Assembly: GCA_016699205.1 (NCBI GenBank)
Contig: CP064964.1
Coordinates: forward strand, 960,001 to 992,000
Direction: 5' to 3'
From: Candidatus Saccharimonadota bacterium
Lineage (GTDB): Bacteria; Patescibacteriota; Patescibacteriia; 2-12-FULL-60-25
Length of the DNA stretch: 32,000 nucleotides
Position numbers and translations under genes: made by a program. The notes under the pieces are model-generated. The model was not told the DNA's origin and ran no database searches. It saw only the letters and a list, made by a program, of their open reading frames with translations. Below are positions 9,900-17,359 of this stretch, piece after piece; the first letter of the stretch is position 1, and each line of letters starts with the position of its first letter.

Positions 9900-11693
9900 A
9901 TGTGTGGCATTAATGGTTTTACATGGCGTGATCCCGGGCTCTTGCGAAAAATGCATGAGCTGACGAGTCATCGCGGTCCGGATGATCAGGGGTTATGGGA
10001 AACCGAGTCCGTGTCTTTTGCGCACAATCGGCTTTCGATTATTGATTTGTCGCCAGGCGGGCATCAGCCGATGGCCTCGCCGGACGGACGATTTACGATT
10101 GTTTTTAATGGGGAGATCTATAATTATCGCGAGCTTCGGTCGCAGTTGTCAGGGGTCAGGTTTCAGTCGGGGTCGGATACGGAGGTTTTGTTGGCTGCAT
10201 GGGAGGCTTGGGGAGAGAAGTGTTTGGAAAAATTGAATGGGATTTTTGCGTTTGCGCTTTGGGATCGTGATGAAAAGAGTTTGCGGCTCGTGCGCGATCA
10301 GATCGGCGTAAAGCCATTGTATTATTTTTATGACGGCAAGCATCTTGCGTTTTCATCTGAGATGAAGGCGCTTTTGCCGATTTTGTCTGAGCGCAAGATC
10401 GACCGTGAAGCGCTGAATGCGTATTTCCGATTGTTGTATGTTCCCGGCGAGAAGACGATGGTGGAGGGTCTCAAGCGTTTGATGCCAGGACATGTCGCGA
10501 CATTTAAAGATGGAGCGTTTGACATTAAGCCGTTTTGGAAATTACAGGAAGGTGCCAGTATCGGTAGTTATGAAGAAGCGGTAGCCGGTGTGCGCGAGCG
10601 CTTGAAGGCGTCGGTTGCAAGGCAACTGGTTTCAGATCGACCTGTGGGCGTGTTTTTGTCCGGAGGCATCGATTCATCGGCTATTCTTGGGTTAGCGAGC
10701 GAAGCGGCTAGTGGACCGCTGAAGGCGTTTACGGTTTCTTACGCCTCGGATTTTCAACAAGAAAAATACAACGCCGATGCAGAGCTTGCTGCAAAGACCG
10801 CAAAACATTTTGGCGCAGAACATCATGTGATTAGATTGGATGCGATGATGGCGCGTGATTTATTTGAGACAACGGCTTGGCACATGGATGAGCCGGTCGC
10901 AAATCATATCCAAACATCGACGTATGCGCTCGCGCAATTTGCCAAGCCGGAAATTACGGTGGCGCTCGGAGGCGACGGCGGTGATGAATTGTTTGGAGGG
11001 TATCCGCGCTATTGGTATGCGGCGCAATTGAATCGATTGCATCGTTTGCCTTTCCCTTGGAGTATTTTTCAATTTGCGCCCAAGGATTCTTGGAAAAAAT
11101 TGGCAGCCAAGTCTGGGTTGGAACGGCATCTTTCTTTTGTAGCGCAAAAAGAGGCGGATATTTCATCTGTCTTGAAACGAGAGATGAATGATCCGTTTGC
11201 AACATCAATGATTCTCTCGCCATATTTTTCTGGTTCTTGGAAAGACCAGACGAACTGGTTGCCGGATGAATCGCTTATCAGAACGGACCGTCTGACGATG
11301 GCTCATGGATTGGAGCAGCGCGTCCCTATTTTGGATGTTGATTTGGTCGAGTACGCGTTCCGTATTCCTTCGAAATATAAATTAGGCGACCGTAAACAGG
11401 GGAAGCGCGTGCTGATCGATGCGATGAAGCCGTGGATTGCTCCGCATCTTTTGAATGAGGAGAAACGAGCTTGGAATTCACCGATGGCCAAGTGGATTCG
11501 AGGTCCGCTTTTGCCTTTTATGAAGGAGATTCTCTCACCAGGATATGCTCCGGGCAGTGAAGCGTATCTCGATTTTGATGGTCTTCAGGCTATGCTTAAA
11601 GATCATGTCGATGTGCGTAAATATGCTCTGGCTCCGCTATGGTCAGCGGTTTCTTTTCAGCTCTGGTATAAGCAGGTTTTTTCTGGTAAATAA
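9900..11693 (+). CDS. asnB: Asparagine synthase (glutamine-hydrolysing) family amidotransferase; intact paralog 1
   Basis: Begins MCGI (N-terminal nucleophile Cys2) and carries GEIYNYRELR, SDTEV and the PP-loop SGGIDSS. It is an uninterrupted 597-aa ORF. Confidence 0.9.
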   Translation: MCGINGFTWRDPGLLRKMHELTSHRGPDDQGLWETESVSFAHNRLSIIDLSPGGHQPMASPDGRFTIVFNGEIYNYRELRSQLSGVRFQSGSDTEVLLAAWEAWGEKCLEKLNGIFAFALWDRDEKSLRLVRDQIGVKPLYYFYDGKHLAFSSEMKALLPILSERKIDREALNAYFRLLYVPGEKTMVEGLKRLMPGHVATFKDGAFDIKPFWKLQEGASIGSYEEAVAGVRERLKASVARQLVSDRPVGVFLSGGIDSSAILGLASEAASGPLKAFTVSYASDFQQEKYNADAELAAKTAKHFGAEHHVIRLDAMMARDLFETTAWHMDEPVANHIQTSTYALAQFAKPEITVALGGDGGDELFGGYPRYWYAAQLNRLHRLPFPWSIFQFAPKDSWKKLAAKSGLERHLSFVAQKEADISSVLKREMNDPFATSMILSPYFSGSWKDQTNWLPDESLIRTDRLTMAHGLEQRVPILDVDLVEYAFRIPSKYKLGDRKQGKRVLIDAMKPWIAPHLLNEEKRAWNSPMAKWIRGPLLPFMKEILSPGYAPGSEAYLDFDGLQAMLKDHVDVRKYALAPLWSAVSFQLWYKQVFSGK

Positions 11694-11698
11694 GCGCT

Positions 11699-12692
11699 AT
11701 GTTAGCTGTCATTTTGGGGACTCGACCCGAGATCATTAAGACGGCTCCGGTGGTGCTTGAGGCCCAGCGGCGCGGTATTCCTGTTGTTATTATCCACACC
11801 GGCCAGCATTACGATGATGCCTTAGACGGGATTTTTTTTCGTGAGTTAGGGTTGCCGCAACCGGTCATGAATTTGGGTGTGGGATCGATGCCTGTGTTGA
11901 AACAGTTGGGAGCGATGATTGATCGTTTGCATGATGCGTTTCAATCGCTTCAGCCAAAAGTCGTCATGGTGCAAGGCGATACGAATTCTGTTTTAGCGGG
12001 TGCATTGGCTGCGCATAAAGTCGGAATCAAGGTTGCGCATTTAGAAGCGGGTTTGCGCAGTGATGATTGGGAGATGCCCGAGGAGGCGAATCGTGTCTTG
12101 GCCGGTTTTGTAGCTGACTTCCATTTTTGTCCGACGGAGGTGCAGCGTGACCGATTGAAAGGCGAGACGGTGATGGATGATGTGCATGTTGTTGGGAATA
12201 CGGTTGTTGATGCGGCGTTACATTATCGGGAGATAGCAAAATCATCTGATGTTTTGATGCGCTTCAAGATTGATGGACCGTATGCATTGTTAACGATGCA
12301 TCGGCCGTCGAATGTCGATGATTCAGAGCGATTGCGCTCGATGATTGAGATGCTTTCACGTCTTGCTGAGCGACGTGCATGGAAAATGGTGTTCCCTGTA
12401 CATCCACGTACCAAGTCTCGTCTTGTAGCCAGCGGCTTGTGGGATGAGCTCTTGGTACGCATTTTGGGGCTGGCAGAGGGCGCTTTTTACGAGTGCCTTG
12501 TGTCTTTGCTCCAATACGGAACGTCCTGAAACGATTGCTGCTGGCGGAAATATTTTGTATGCCGGAAATGATACAGAAGAGCTCAATCGTATTGTAGATA
12601 TCATGTTAGCCAAGCCGCGTGATTGGAATTGCCCTTTTGGTGATGGAGCGACGGCTGGCCGTGTCCTTGATATCCTGCACAAGTATCTATGA
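11699..12692 (+). pseudogene. wecB: Second WecB-type UDP-GlcNAc 2-epimerase paralog, decayed (internal deletion plus two -1 frame breaks)
   Basis: The N-terminal two-thirds are intact (MLAVILGTRPEIIKTAPV...HTGQHYD...AHLEAGLRS...HRPSNVD...FPVHPRTKSR). Between HPRTKSR and TERPET there are only ~32 codons, versus 56 in copy 1, so the PIGY...LVLTDSGG region is largely missing. Reading has to pass through all three frames between ~12484 and ~12512: GLAEGAF, then LRVPCVF, then SNTERPET. Confidence 0.8.
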
Positions 12693-13272
12693 AGCTCGCT
12701 TCTTGGGAATCATTCTTCAATGAGTCGGTGCAAGCCGGATTGCAGCCGGGATGCTGGCTTGATATTGCAGGCGGATAGGCGCTGATGCTTAAGGATGCTG
12801 ATCCCGTGTGATCAAACCGTTGCCGAGAAGGTGGAGTACCGAGTCATGGATCCAGTCGACCTACCACCGGAGTTGGCGATGCATGAACAGCCTTTGAGCT
12901 TGGGACGGCGTTTTTTGCTTAGCTGTATTGGAGCATGTTCCTAGACCTTGGGATGCCGTGCGAGAAATCCATCGTGTTCTCAAGCCTGGGGGAATCGCGT
13001 TTTTTTATGTTCCGTTTCTCTCTCCTTATCATGCGATGCCGGGATATTATGGAGATTATTTCCGTTTTACCGAAGACGCTGTCCGATCGCTTTGCGCAGA
13101 TTTTTCAACTCTGGATTTCCGGCCGATCCGTGGTCCGGTTGAAACGATTATTCATCTTTTGCCAGGCGTACTGAGTCATTCATGGGTGCGCTTGTTGGGT
13201 AGAAGGATTGATTCGTTGCGTAAATCTTCTGGGAAGCAAGTTTCTGGATATAGTTTTTTTGTACGAAAATAA
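12689..13272 (+). pseudogene. Relic of a class I SAM-dependent methyltransferase (nonsense codon plus at least two frame breaks)
   Basis: ATG 12689 overlaps the wecB-2 stop. Motif I WLDIAGG is followed directly by TAG 12776-12778. Stops occur in all three frames within 17 nt (TAG 12776, TGA 12783, TAA 12790). The middle part lies in another frame (DQTVAEKVEYRVMDPVDLPPEL). The C-terminal part is in ORF 12928..13272 (DGVFCLAVLEHVPRPWDAVREIHRVLKPGGIAFFYVPF). Confidence 0.65.
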
Positions 13273-13276
13273 TATT

Positions 13277-14281
13277 ATGAAAATCCTTGTTGTCGGTGTT
13301 GGGTATTGGGGTCCAAATGTCGTCCGTAACCTCGTGGAGTTTCCAGAGGTCGAGTCGATTGGCATTTCCGATCTTGATACGGCTAAGGCGGCTAAAATGG
13401 TTGCGAAATTTCCTAAGACGCATGTAGCCAAGCCGGCACCGGATGCATTTGCTGACGGATACGATGCGGCGATTATTGTGACGCCGGTTGATACGCATGC
13501 CTCCCTTGCGGAAGCGGCTTTAGCAAATGGGTTGCATGTCCTGGTCGAGAAGCCGCTTACTCGTACGATTGATGAGGCAAAACAGTTGATCGCGAAAGCG
13601 GATGCTGCCGACAAGCGATTGATGGTCGGCCATGTATTTCATTATAAACCGGAAGTTCGTGCGTTGGTCGATCTTGTGAAGTCTGGAGAGCTTGGAACGG
13701 TGAAATATTTGGATTCCGTGCGTGTGAATTTGGGATTGTTCCGCAGCGATGTGAATGTTCTTTGGGATTTAGCTCCGCATGACCTTACAATTTTTGAGGC
13801 ATTGCTCGAGAAACAGCCTCAGCGTGTCTCTGCGATTGGGGCGAAACATGTTTTGCACCCAACGAGTCCGCAAGAAACGATGGTGTATATGACGCTGGAT
13901 TATGGCGATGGAACGCTTGGTCATGTACACGTCAATTGGTACTCTCCAGTGAAGCAGCGCTTGATGATGGTTGGCGGTGACAAGAAGATGGCTGTTTATG
14001 ACGATATCAATACCGCGGAACCGATTCGCGTGTATGACCGTGGAACTTATGATCCGACGGGTGATAGCCCGGCTTATCCTGCGTTAAGAACCGGAGCTGT
14101 CGAGATTCCGCATATCAAGCAAGAGGAGCCGCTTCGTGCGCAGCTACGAGAGTTTTTCGCATCCATTACCGAGGGTCGTGCTCCGATGACAGATGGTCAC
14201 GCCGGTTTGCGCGTTGTGAAGGTTTTGGAAGCGGCGATGCGATCGTTGAAACAGGATGGAGTTTTTGTTTCGTTGGACTAA
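13277..14281 (+). CDS. Gfo/Idh/MocA-family NAD(P)-dependent sugar oxidoreductase (WbpB/WlbA-like candidate)
   Basis: Starts MKILVVGVGYWGPNVVRNL (Rossmann GxGxxG) and carries HVLVEKPL (the EKP motif) and LWDLAPHDL. ATG 13277 is preferred over the listed upstream start at 13208, which would overlap the relic gene. Confidence 0.85.
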   Translation: MKILVVGVGYWGPNVVRNLVEFPEVESIGISDLDTAKAAKMVAKFPKTHVAKPAPDAFADGYDAAIIVTPVDTHASLAEAALANGLHVLVEKPLTRTIDEAKQLIAKADAADKRLMVGHVFHYKPEVRALVDLVKSGELGTVKYLDSVRVNLGLFRSDVNVLWDLAPHDLTIFEALLEKQPQRVSAIGAKHVLHPTSPQETMVYMTLDYGDGTLGHVHVNWYSPVKQRLMMVGGDKKMAVYDDINTAEPIRVYDRGTYDPTGDSPAYPALRTGAVEIPHIKQEEPLRAQLREFFASITEGRAPMTDGHAGLRVVKVLEAAMRSLKQDGVFVSLD

Positions 14282-14328
14282 AGCTAACCCTTGATTTTGA
14301 GGGCTGTTTTTGCTAGGTTTGACCTGCC

Positions 14329-15770
14329 ATGCAACAGGAAAAGCCCGCGTTTGGTTACACGAGCAAGGACTATGTCCTTCAAGGTAGCCTTATCATCCTC
14401 TCCGACGAGTCGACGGTTTGGGACGCGCTTTCCAAGCGTGTTCGTACGAGTATTCGTAAGGCCGAGCGATCGGGTGTGCGTATCCGTGAGTTTGCTCCGG
14501 AGCGTGATCTCGAGACGGTCAAGCCGTTTACTCCAAACGATGATGATATCCCGCCGGTTTTTGAGTCCCGTCATCATGGATTTGTTGCCGAGGCGGAAGA
14601 TACGGGCGAGGTGCTGGGCTGGGTGTTGACGGCTGGTGTCGGACGCAAGAACTTCTTGCTCTGCCATGCTTCAACTCAAACGGCAAAAAGTGCGAGACTC
14701 CCAACTTGCTGATGTGGCAGGCGATCAAGCACTCGTTTGGGAATTTCCAGTACTTCGATGTCGGCGTTTCGTATCGGCCTTCTTTGCAGTTCTATTTCTC
14801 CGGCCATCGCCAAAAGAGTTATCCGATGGTGATGCGTCCGACGGATTTGCCGATTGATCTTCGTATTACGCCGTTTGATACGGCTGCGTACGGAATCGAT
14901 CCTGGTCCTGCGGCGGATGGCAAGAAGCTGCTGGATGAAGTGCTTGGTACGGACGTCTGGACGTTCTTTCCACGTGCGATGTTTGCGATCGCTGGGTGTT
15001 TGATGGAGTACCGCGATCAAGGCCGACTGACGGCAGATGATGAAGTACTGATCTCGACGACAACGGGCACGCCTTACATCTCGTCCTGCGTTACACGGGC
15101 GATCGAGAGCGTGTGCAAGTGGTCGCAGATTCCGTCGGACAAGACCAAGGCGGTGTTCCTGATCCATGAGTTTGGTTTTCCGAATCCCCATGCTGCGGAG
15201 ATGCGAGCCTTCTGCGACCAGCGAGGAATTCCGCTCATCGAAGACTTGGCGTATGGCTGGGGCTCGGAAGGGACTGGGAATTGGGGTGATGTAAAAATCG
15301 TTTCATTCACCAAGCTTTTTCCGGTACAGTTTGGCGGTGCCCTCGTGGGTATGTCGATTCCGCCGGAACGTCATTGGAAGGTCTTGCGCAGCTCTGATCC
15401 TGCAAAAGGTGAAGAGGTGCTTGGACTTTTGCCTAAGGTTTGGCAGCCGATGGCCGAGATTCGTGCCAAGCGCCAAGAGATCTGGAATCTTTATGCCGAC
15501 CGACTCGCGCAGGTAATTGATCCTTGGATGGCGATCGAACCGGGTGTGATGCCTGGTGCGTTCATCGCCAAACTCAAGGACGAAGAAGAGATGAAGCGCG
15601 TTCAAGCCTTTGTTCTACCGTTCGGTATCGAGGTTGGGAACTGGTATCATCACGCGTCGATCTTTGTTCCGTGTCACCAACGGATGACTAGCCGTCACGT
15701 TGACTATGTTTCCGGAGCGATCCTCGCAAATTTCCGCGAGAATTGCGGGATTCCCGGAGTGCGCTGCTGA
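14329..15770 (+). pseudogene. Fusion of a FemAB/BioF2-like GNAT (Acetyltransf_6-type) domain with a DegT/DnrJ/EryC1-like PLP-fold domain; one -1 frame break in the N-terminal domain
   Basis: The N-terminal ORF 14329..14712 (VWDALSKRVRTSIRKAERSGVRIREF...FLLCHASTQTAK) continues in ORF 14706..15770 (NLLMWQAIKHSFGNFQYFDVGVS...). The break lies near the A5 run 14685-14689 or the C3 run 14700-14702. In the same frame downstream come DEVLISTTTGTPYISSCV, KAVFLIHEFGFP, PLIEDLAYGWGS and VSFTKLFPVQFGGALVG, which match the DegT-type layout including the Lys position. The family call is by motif memory only. Confidence 0.55.
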
Positions 15771-15773
15771 ACC

Positions 15774-15799
15774 AAGGGGCCTTGTCAAAGGCCCCTTTT
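15774..15799 (+). terminator. Rho-independent-type hairpin after the GNAT-DegT-like gene
   Basis: A perfect 9-bp stem (AAGGGGCCT 15774-15782 with AGGCCCCTT 15789-15797) and a 6-nt loop, followed by a run of only 4 T in total. Confidence 0.5.
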
Positions 15800-15837
15800 C
15801 ATGCTCAAATCGATTTGCACATTTGTCAGGAGAAGCC

Positions 15838-16308
15838 ATGAAACGCGGTGGGTACAAGGCTGGTGTCGAACTCGATCTTTCGGAAGATGTCCATCCCAAC
15901 TTCGCGAAGCTTGGCGATCGTGTGCGGATTCGGACGGGAACTATCCTGTTCGGTTCGGAGCGTGAGCCTCTCGTCATCGGTGACGACGTGTACATCAACG
16001 CGCGTTGCGTGATCCATGGCGGCAGCGCTCAGATCAAGATCGGTAGCCGCGTGACGCTGGCCGTTGGCGTCGTGATCCACAGCGATTCGGGTCCCAATAC
16101 TTCGCCGCTGCTCCAGAAGAGTTATCCGATCATCGCCAAGCCGGTGACGATCGAGGACGATGTCTGGATCGGCGATTACGCCGTGATCCTGCCCGGTGTG
16201 AGAATCGGGAAGGGGAGCGTGGTCGGCACGCACAGCGTCGTGAAGAGTGATGTGGCTCCGGGGACGGTTGTCGCCGGTCAGCCAGCGCGGCTGACCAAGA
16301 AGCTCTGA
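15838..16308 (+). CDS. Hexapeptide-repeat (left-handed beta-helix) sugar N/O-acetyltransferase, WbpD/WlbB-like candidate
   Basis: Has repeating [LIV]-G-x4 hexapeptides (IGDDVYINARCVIHGGSAQIKIGSRVTLAVGVVIH...VTIEDDVWIGDYAVILPGVRIGKGSVVGTHSVV). AGGAGA lies 6 nt upstream of ATG 15838. Confidence 0.85.
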   Translation: MKRGGYKAGVELDLSEDVHPNFAKLGDRVRIRTGTILFGSEREPLVIGDDVYINARCVIHGGSAQIKIGSRVTLAVGVVIHSDSGPNTSPLLQKSYPIIAKPVTIEDDVWIGDYAVILPGVRIGKGSVVGTHSVVKSDVAPGTVVAGQPARLTKKL

Positions 16309-16316
16309 ATCAAAAA

Positions 16317-16352
16317 CACCCCGTCTGCGAACTGCAGACGGGGTGTTTTTTT
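16317..16352. terminator. Bidirectional rho-independent terminator between convergent genes
   Basis: A perfect 12-bp GC-rich stem (CACCCCGTCTGC 16317-16328 with GCAGACGGGGTG 16334-16345) and a 5-nt loop. It is flanked by A5 upstream (16312-16316) and T7 downstream (16346-16352). Confidence 0.85.
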
Positions 16353-16353
16353 A

Positions 16354-17247
16354 TTATTTTGTTGCGTAGACGATCAGGCCCCATGCGTAACGATCTCCTA
16401 GCCACTTACGAATTCCTTGTGGAAGATATCGGAAGATCGGGAATTTTCCGGCAGGCCAACCCTCAACTTCACCCGGAAGACAGAGGACCTCGACACGAAC
16501 GTCGCGGAAGCCGACGGCTTCATGCATCGCTTTTAGTTCCTTTGGTGAGAATACTTTTGTTAATGCATTTCCTCCTTTTGCTGATCCATCCGTGTAACGG
16601 CTCACGAGGCGTGTCGTGTTAAAACGGTATTTGATCAATTTCCCGAGGAGAACTCCACGCAAGAACATGAAGTTGAACCAGTAAGTCCACGAGCGCTTGT
16701 TGTACCAGTAGGAGCATGTTTTTCCGCCTGGTTTCAATACTCGGTAAACTTGCTTGAGAGCGCCTGGCGTATCGGGCATATGCATGAAGCAGCCCCAGCC
16801 AAGAACGTAATCGAATGAGGCATCCGGAAATTCAAGATTTTGCGCGTCCATGCGCATGAGCTTTGCGTGCTGATTTTTCAATCGGAGATGCTCGGTTGTC
16901 ATCTTGATAGCTTCGTCGGTGAGATCGATTCCAGTGACGTTTGCACCGGCTTTTGCGAAGTCGACCACGGACCAACCGCTGCCTATCGCGATATCCAAAA
17001 CGTCCTTTCCGTTCAATTCTGCGTATGGAACCATTTTAGAAATGAGCGGGTCCTCTGGTTTTTCATAAGTGGCACCTTTCCACCATTTTCGCATACGACG
17101 CTCGATGTTGTTGAAGGTGTTCAGGTCGAGTGTTGAAACTCGTCCCGTTAAATCATTAGCTTCAGAAGTACCGACTCCGGCGGTAAATGGGTGGTTATCC
17201 CACCAGTCGCGAACTTTCTCCGTGTGCTTTGGGTCTGGTTGGTTCAT
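16354..17247 (-). CDS. Class I SAM-dependent methyltransferase
   Basis: 297 aa with VLDIAIGSGWSVVDFAKAGANVTGIDL (motifs I/II), FPDASFDYVLGWGCFMHM and YRVLKPGG. Confidence 0.85.
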   Translation of the reverse strand: MNQPDPKHTEKVRDWWDNHPFTAGVGTSEANDLTGRVSTLDLNTFNNIERRMRKWWKGATYEKPEDPLISKMVPYAELNGKDVLDIAIGSGWSVVDFAKAGANVTGIDLTDEAIKMTTEHLRLKNQHAKLMRMDAQNLEFPDASFDYVLGWGCFMHMPDTPGALKQVYRVLKPGGKTCSYWYNKRSWTYWFNFMFLRGVLLGKLIKYRFNTTRLVSRYTDGSAKGGNALTKVFSPKELKAMHEAVGFRDVRVEVLCLPGEVEGWPAGKFPIFRYLPQGIRKWLGDRYAWGLIVYATK

Positions 17248-17359
17248 AGAAATCAGAAGAAGACTAACATGGTGAAATCAAGCTTGAAAGGGCGTTGATA
17301 GGCTAGGGATAAAGTTCTTGCATAAAGCTGTTTTTACCTGCTAAGGTGCGGGCAATTGT
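17248..17359. promoter_or_regulatory. Divergent intergenic region, presumed promoters for the minus-strand methyltransferase and the DegT-GT2 gene
   Basis: This is one of only two non-coding gaps over 100 nt in the window, and it sits between divergently oriented genes. Weak sigma70-like pairs are present (TTGAAA 17284-17289 with GATAAA 17308-17313; TTGCAT 17318-17323 with TAAGGT 17342-17347). None is convincing. Confidence 0.3.

Noticed and set aside
14282-14328. A possible terminator hairpin after the oxidoreductase gene (CCCT..AGGG followed by CTGTTTTT).
   Set aside because: The stem is only 4 bp with an 8-nt loop, which is too weak to call.
14676-15191. A 171-aa minus-strand ORF, and similar antisense ORFs at 1373-1852, 2261-2773, 4348-4890, 8718-9203 and 13180-13614.
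   Set aside because: All are Arg/Ser/Pro-rich translations antisense to genes with clear family motifs. None has an independent start context or recognisable domains.
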